Origin: Octopus bimaculoides | Taxonomy: Eukaryota | Assembly (NCBI RefSeq): GCF_001194135.2 | Contig: NC_068991.1 | Location: 7,019,953 to 7,083,952 of the forward strand | Direction of reading: 5' to 3' | Length of the DNA: 64,000 nucleotides | Part shown: positions 63,232 through 64,000 of the stretch, piece by piece | How positions within the stretch are numbered: position 1 is the first letter of the stretch | Layout: the number at the start of each line of letters is the position of its first letter | Notes under the pieces: model-generated | Database searches by the model: none | What the model was told of the DNA's origin: nothing | What the model saw: the letters and a program-made list of their open reading frames with translations, nothing else | Program-made: the position numbers and the translations under genes

Positions 63232-63304
63232 GGATTGCTGTGGTATAATGGCAGAACATCTGTCATGTTCACAGAAGATATGAGTTCGAGTTCCATGGGT
63301 AGCC
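63232..63304 (+). pseudogene. Degenerate tRNA-like sequence (tRNA pseudogene or SINE head)
   Basis: 73 nt. A-box-like tggtataatgg, anticodon stem tctgt/acaga with a 7-nt loop, B-box-like gagttcgagt. The acceptor stem pairs poorly. Confidence 0.6.
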
Positions 63305-63630
63305 TTCAACTTTCCCTGCCAAAAGGGTTTTTAAGTTAATATTCTACATTATCTATAGCTTTATCTACTTCAAGTTCCACCATCTGTCTATACTCAAAGC
63401 TGAGTAATTTTACCTTTGTTTTCAGTATCAAATAAAATTCTAAATAGAAACTATCTGGTGATCTTATCAAGATCATACAAATAAAAATTGTAGGCTTTTC
63501 TTTATGTAGTGGTTCAAGGGAAATTTTTTGTGATTCCTTATTCTACTGCGGCTACAAATGAAATTTGTATTTTGTTAGGAAACAGCTGGGAATAGTTGTT
63601 AGATGAAAGGTTTCAAAACAATCAACTCAC

Positions 63631-63722
63631 CTCATACCGACAATATTAAGGCTGTCTGTAGAACGGTACAAGTCATTCATTGACTGACTCAGTAACGATG
63701 TACGAGAAAACGTTAAATTGCA
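63631..63722 (-). CDS. KIF16B: KIF16B-like kinesin-3, first exon in window (92 nt)
   Basis: Acceptor ttttactttttccag, donor ag|gtgagt. Reads CNLTFSRTSLLSQSMNDLYRSTDSLNIVGM, resembling the post-FHA LLSSFSLSMTDLSKS segment of vertebrate KIF16B. Confidence 0.85.
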
Positions 63723-63841
63723 CTGGAAAAAGTAAAAGAGCAAAACATGTCAAACACCAAAAAAAAAAAAGAGAATAGTTCTAAAATGATATATACACAC
63801 ACCAACACTGGTTGTCAAACAGTGGCAGAGGACAAATAAAA

Positions 63842-63904
<63 letters not shown>

Positions 63905-63941
63905 CATATATATACATATATATATATATACATATATATAC

Positions 63942-63972
<31 letters not shown>

Positions 63973-64000
63973 CATATATATACATATATATATATATACA

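Noticed and set aside
63750-63975. YI/CV/HT/ER-repeat ORFs here and elsewhere
   Set aside because: Translations of (AT)n, (TG)n and (GA)n microsatellites.

Overview
AT-rich, SINE- and microsatellite-dense animal genomic DNA with seven N gaps. The repeat content suggests an octopus (inference). Two host genes converge tail to tail. On the + strand are the last two coding exons of a DEGS1/DES-family sphingolipid delta-4 desaturase (3073-3815, 5770-5916); exon 1 lies upstream of the window. On the - strand are 17 exons (63722 down to 26604) of a KIF16B/Klp98A kinesin-3. They splice into one open frame of 2619 nt (872 aa plus stop) covering the coiled-coil stalk and the C-terminal PX domain; the motor and FHA exons lie beyond the window end. 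The rest is a transposon graveyard: tRNA-derived and (CAT)n-tailed SINE-like repeats, RTE and CR1 LINE fragments, mariner and maT/Tc1 transposase remnants, and several MITE families, one of them nested. The least ordinary features are these. A ~5 kb decayed minus-strand coding-like block (8.45-13.45 kb) has a core resembling a Penelope-like RT plus GIY-YIG element, and its flanks are unidentified. A 58-bp near-perfect hairpin sits at that element's presumed RT active-site motif. A near full-length 5S rRNA copy is embedded in a repeat inside a KIF16B intron. Several inverted repeat pairs flank exons. I found no convincing novel multi-gene system; the unidentified decayed ORF block is the best candidate for something undescribed.
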